64,000 bases of DNA from Squalus acanthias (lineage: Eukaryota), in NCBI GenBank assembly GCA_030390025.1, contig CM059431.1, forward strand, positions 119,228,001 through 119,292,000. The letters run 5' to 3'. The number at the start of each line of letters is the position of its first letter. Position 1 is the stretch's first letter. A program made the position numbers and the translations under genes. The notes beneath the pieces were generated by a model that worked only from the letters and a program-made list of their open reading frames with translations, did no database searches and was not told the DNA's origin. Below, in pieces: positions 62,380 through 64,000 of this stretch.

Positions 62380-64000
62380 GGGGGCGAAATTCATTATAGC
62401 CCAGGAATGGGCGCTAACTTCTGAAAAGTTTGAGATTTAGCGCCAGGCGCTAATGAATCTCGCTGCACACAAAATTCAGTGTCATCGCTCAAAGAAAGGA
62501 TGGGAGCGCTGAATCAAGCGCTAATGACCTAGCTCAGTGGCGTTAGACTCGAAGCACTAAACAATTTCAGGTGCAACCTAATCGCTAGTCATCATTGCCA
62601 CAGGCTCTTTCCAGTTCTTAAAGGGGAGGTTCAATCATGCTGCAGAACCTCATTCTCAGCATTGCTGCTTCTGCAGCTGTCTCAGCAAGAAGCAGAAGGC
62701 CCAGGAGAAGGAACCGGACCACTGAAGGAGGTGTCATTATGGCAGATCAACGGCCCAGGGAGAGAGCTCGCAGATTCTGCGACCAAGCATTGGAGGTGTG
62801 GTCTTCGCTGTGGAGAGACGGAGGACGGTGCTGTACCCGGCAAGTGGCAGGTGGCCCTCGCCACAAGTCTTCCGCGCCATGTGGAGGGAGGTAGCCCAGC
62901 AGGTCTCGGGCAGCACTGTGGTCCCCAGGACCCACACACAGTGCAGGAAGAAATTAAACAACCTCACTCGGGTGGTCAGGGTGAGTCAATGCTTCAACAA
63001 ATGCTACATACCACCATCTGTACCACAGTCTGCACACACTGCCCAAAGCACCACACCCCCAGCACTGACCCACCAACAATCTCTACCTACCAACACTCAC
63101 ACCGACATCTCACACCTTGCACACAATAACATCTATTCAACTATGGCAGGCACATCTCCCAAACACATTGCTCCACACTCACTTTCCTCTCTCTTGCAGG
63201 CCAAGCTCGCTAACAACAGGAGGGAGCAGGAGCGCACAGGTGGGGGACAAACCGACACCCAACCACTGTCTGATCTGGAGAATAGAGTGTTGCAAATCAT
63301 TGGGCGACAGGTGGCGGGTGCCGTGGCCACCGGCGACATTGACCCCTTTGGGGACAACAACGGTACATTCATCCCTGCTCCTTCTTCTCACAGCCCACTT
63401 CTCTCTCAGCCCACAAGCCTTTCCCACTTTCCAGCTAATCTTGCTGTATTCATGCCTTTCCCACTTTCCAGCTAATCTTGCTGTATTCATGCCTTTCTCC
63501 CTTCCTGCCCCCTCCCCTCCCCTTAACCTGACTCTTGTGCCTTTATCCTTTCAGATAATCAGCAAGCACCTGAGCAGTCTGTCCCTGAGGGCACCGTAGA
63601 GAGCGAGGTGGGAGAAGAGGAGGAGGAAGAACACATCGTGTCACTGCATGTCTCACCTGCAGGCACCAGCTCAGGTACTGGCACTACGCATTCTTTAGAG
63701 GCTAGTATAGTAGTGGGATCTGCACAGGGTGATGTACCGGGGATGAGCGGGCTGCAGCAAGGCCAGGGAGAAAGGGTAGCTCGGGAGTCAGCTCCCCGGA
63801 GGGCGAGTTTGCGTGCTCGTTCTGCTGCATAGGACTCAGATGAGGACCTCGATGAGGAGGTCTTTAGAAGAAGGGTGATGGGCATGTTCACGGAGATGAT
63901 AGGTACAATGGAAAGGGTGCATGGGAGCTTCTTGGCAATGGTAAGGAACGTGGAGGAGTCCACCTCCAACATTGCACAGAGCTCTGCACACACCATGGAG
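62380..64000 (+). mobile_element. Harbinger element H (runs off the window) with Myb/SANT pseudogene: exons 62739-62980, 63200-63362, 63555-end
   Basis: tta|gggggcgaaattc TIR. MADQRPRERARRFCDQALE, a frameshift, then MWREVAQQV...QCRKKLNNLTRVVR|gtgagt. Exon 2 is 163 nt as in element C. In-frame TAG at 63830-63832. Confidence 0.88.

Overview
This is repeat-dominated eukaryotic DNA with no intact host gene, rRNA/tRNA gene or CRISPR array that I can support. The repeat repertoire (HE1-like V-SINE, Deu-domain SINEs, CR1/L2/Tx1 LINEs, Penelope-like elements) points to a cartilaginous fish, probably a shark; this is an inference. Main contents: (1) A dense cluster of PIF/Harbinger DNA transposons and MITEs. 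They carry a DDE transposase gene convergent with a 3-exon Myb/SANT gene, and one Myb/SANT copy is a single nonsense codon from intact. (2) Two independent ~1.65-kb CpG-rich solo LTRs (TGTAA...TTACA, each with its own 4-bp TSD). Both sit just 3' of a Harbinger transposase end, and their R region has a covarying repeated hairpin. (3) Penelope-like elements with minimal hammerhead ribozymes and a typical inverted-pLTR insertion. (4) A ~1.35-kb tandem triplication carrying spliceable, pseudogenised exons of unknown identity. (5) A short NOP53/GLTSCR2 retrocopy fragment. Family assignments come from recognising motifs by eye, not from database searches, and boundaries of degraded repeats are approximate.
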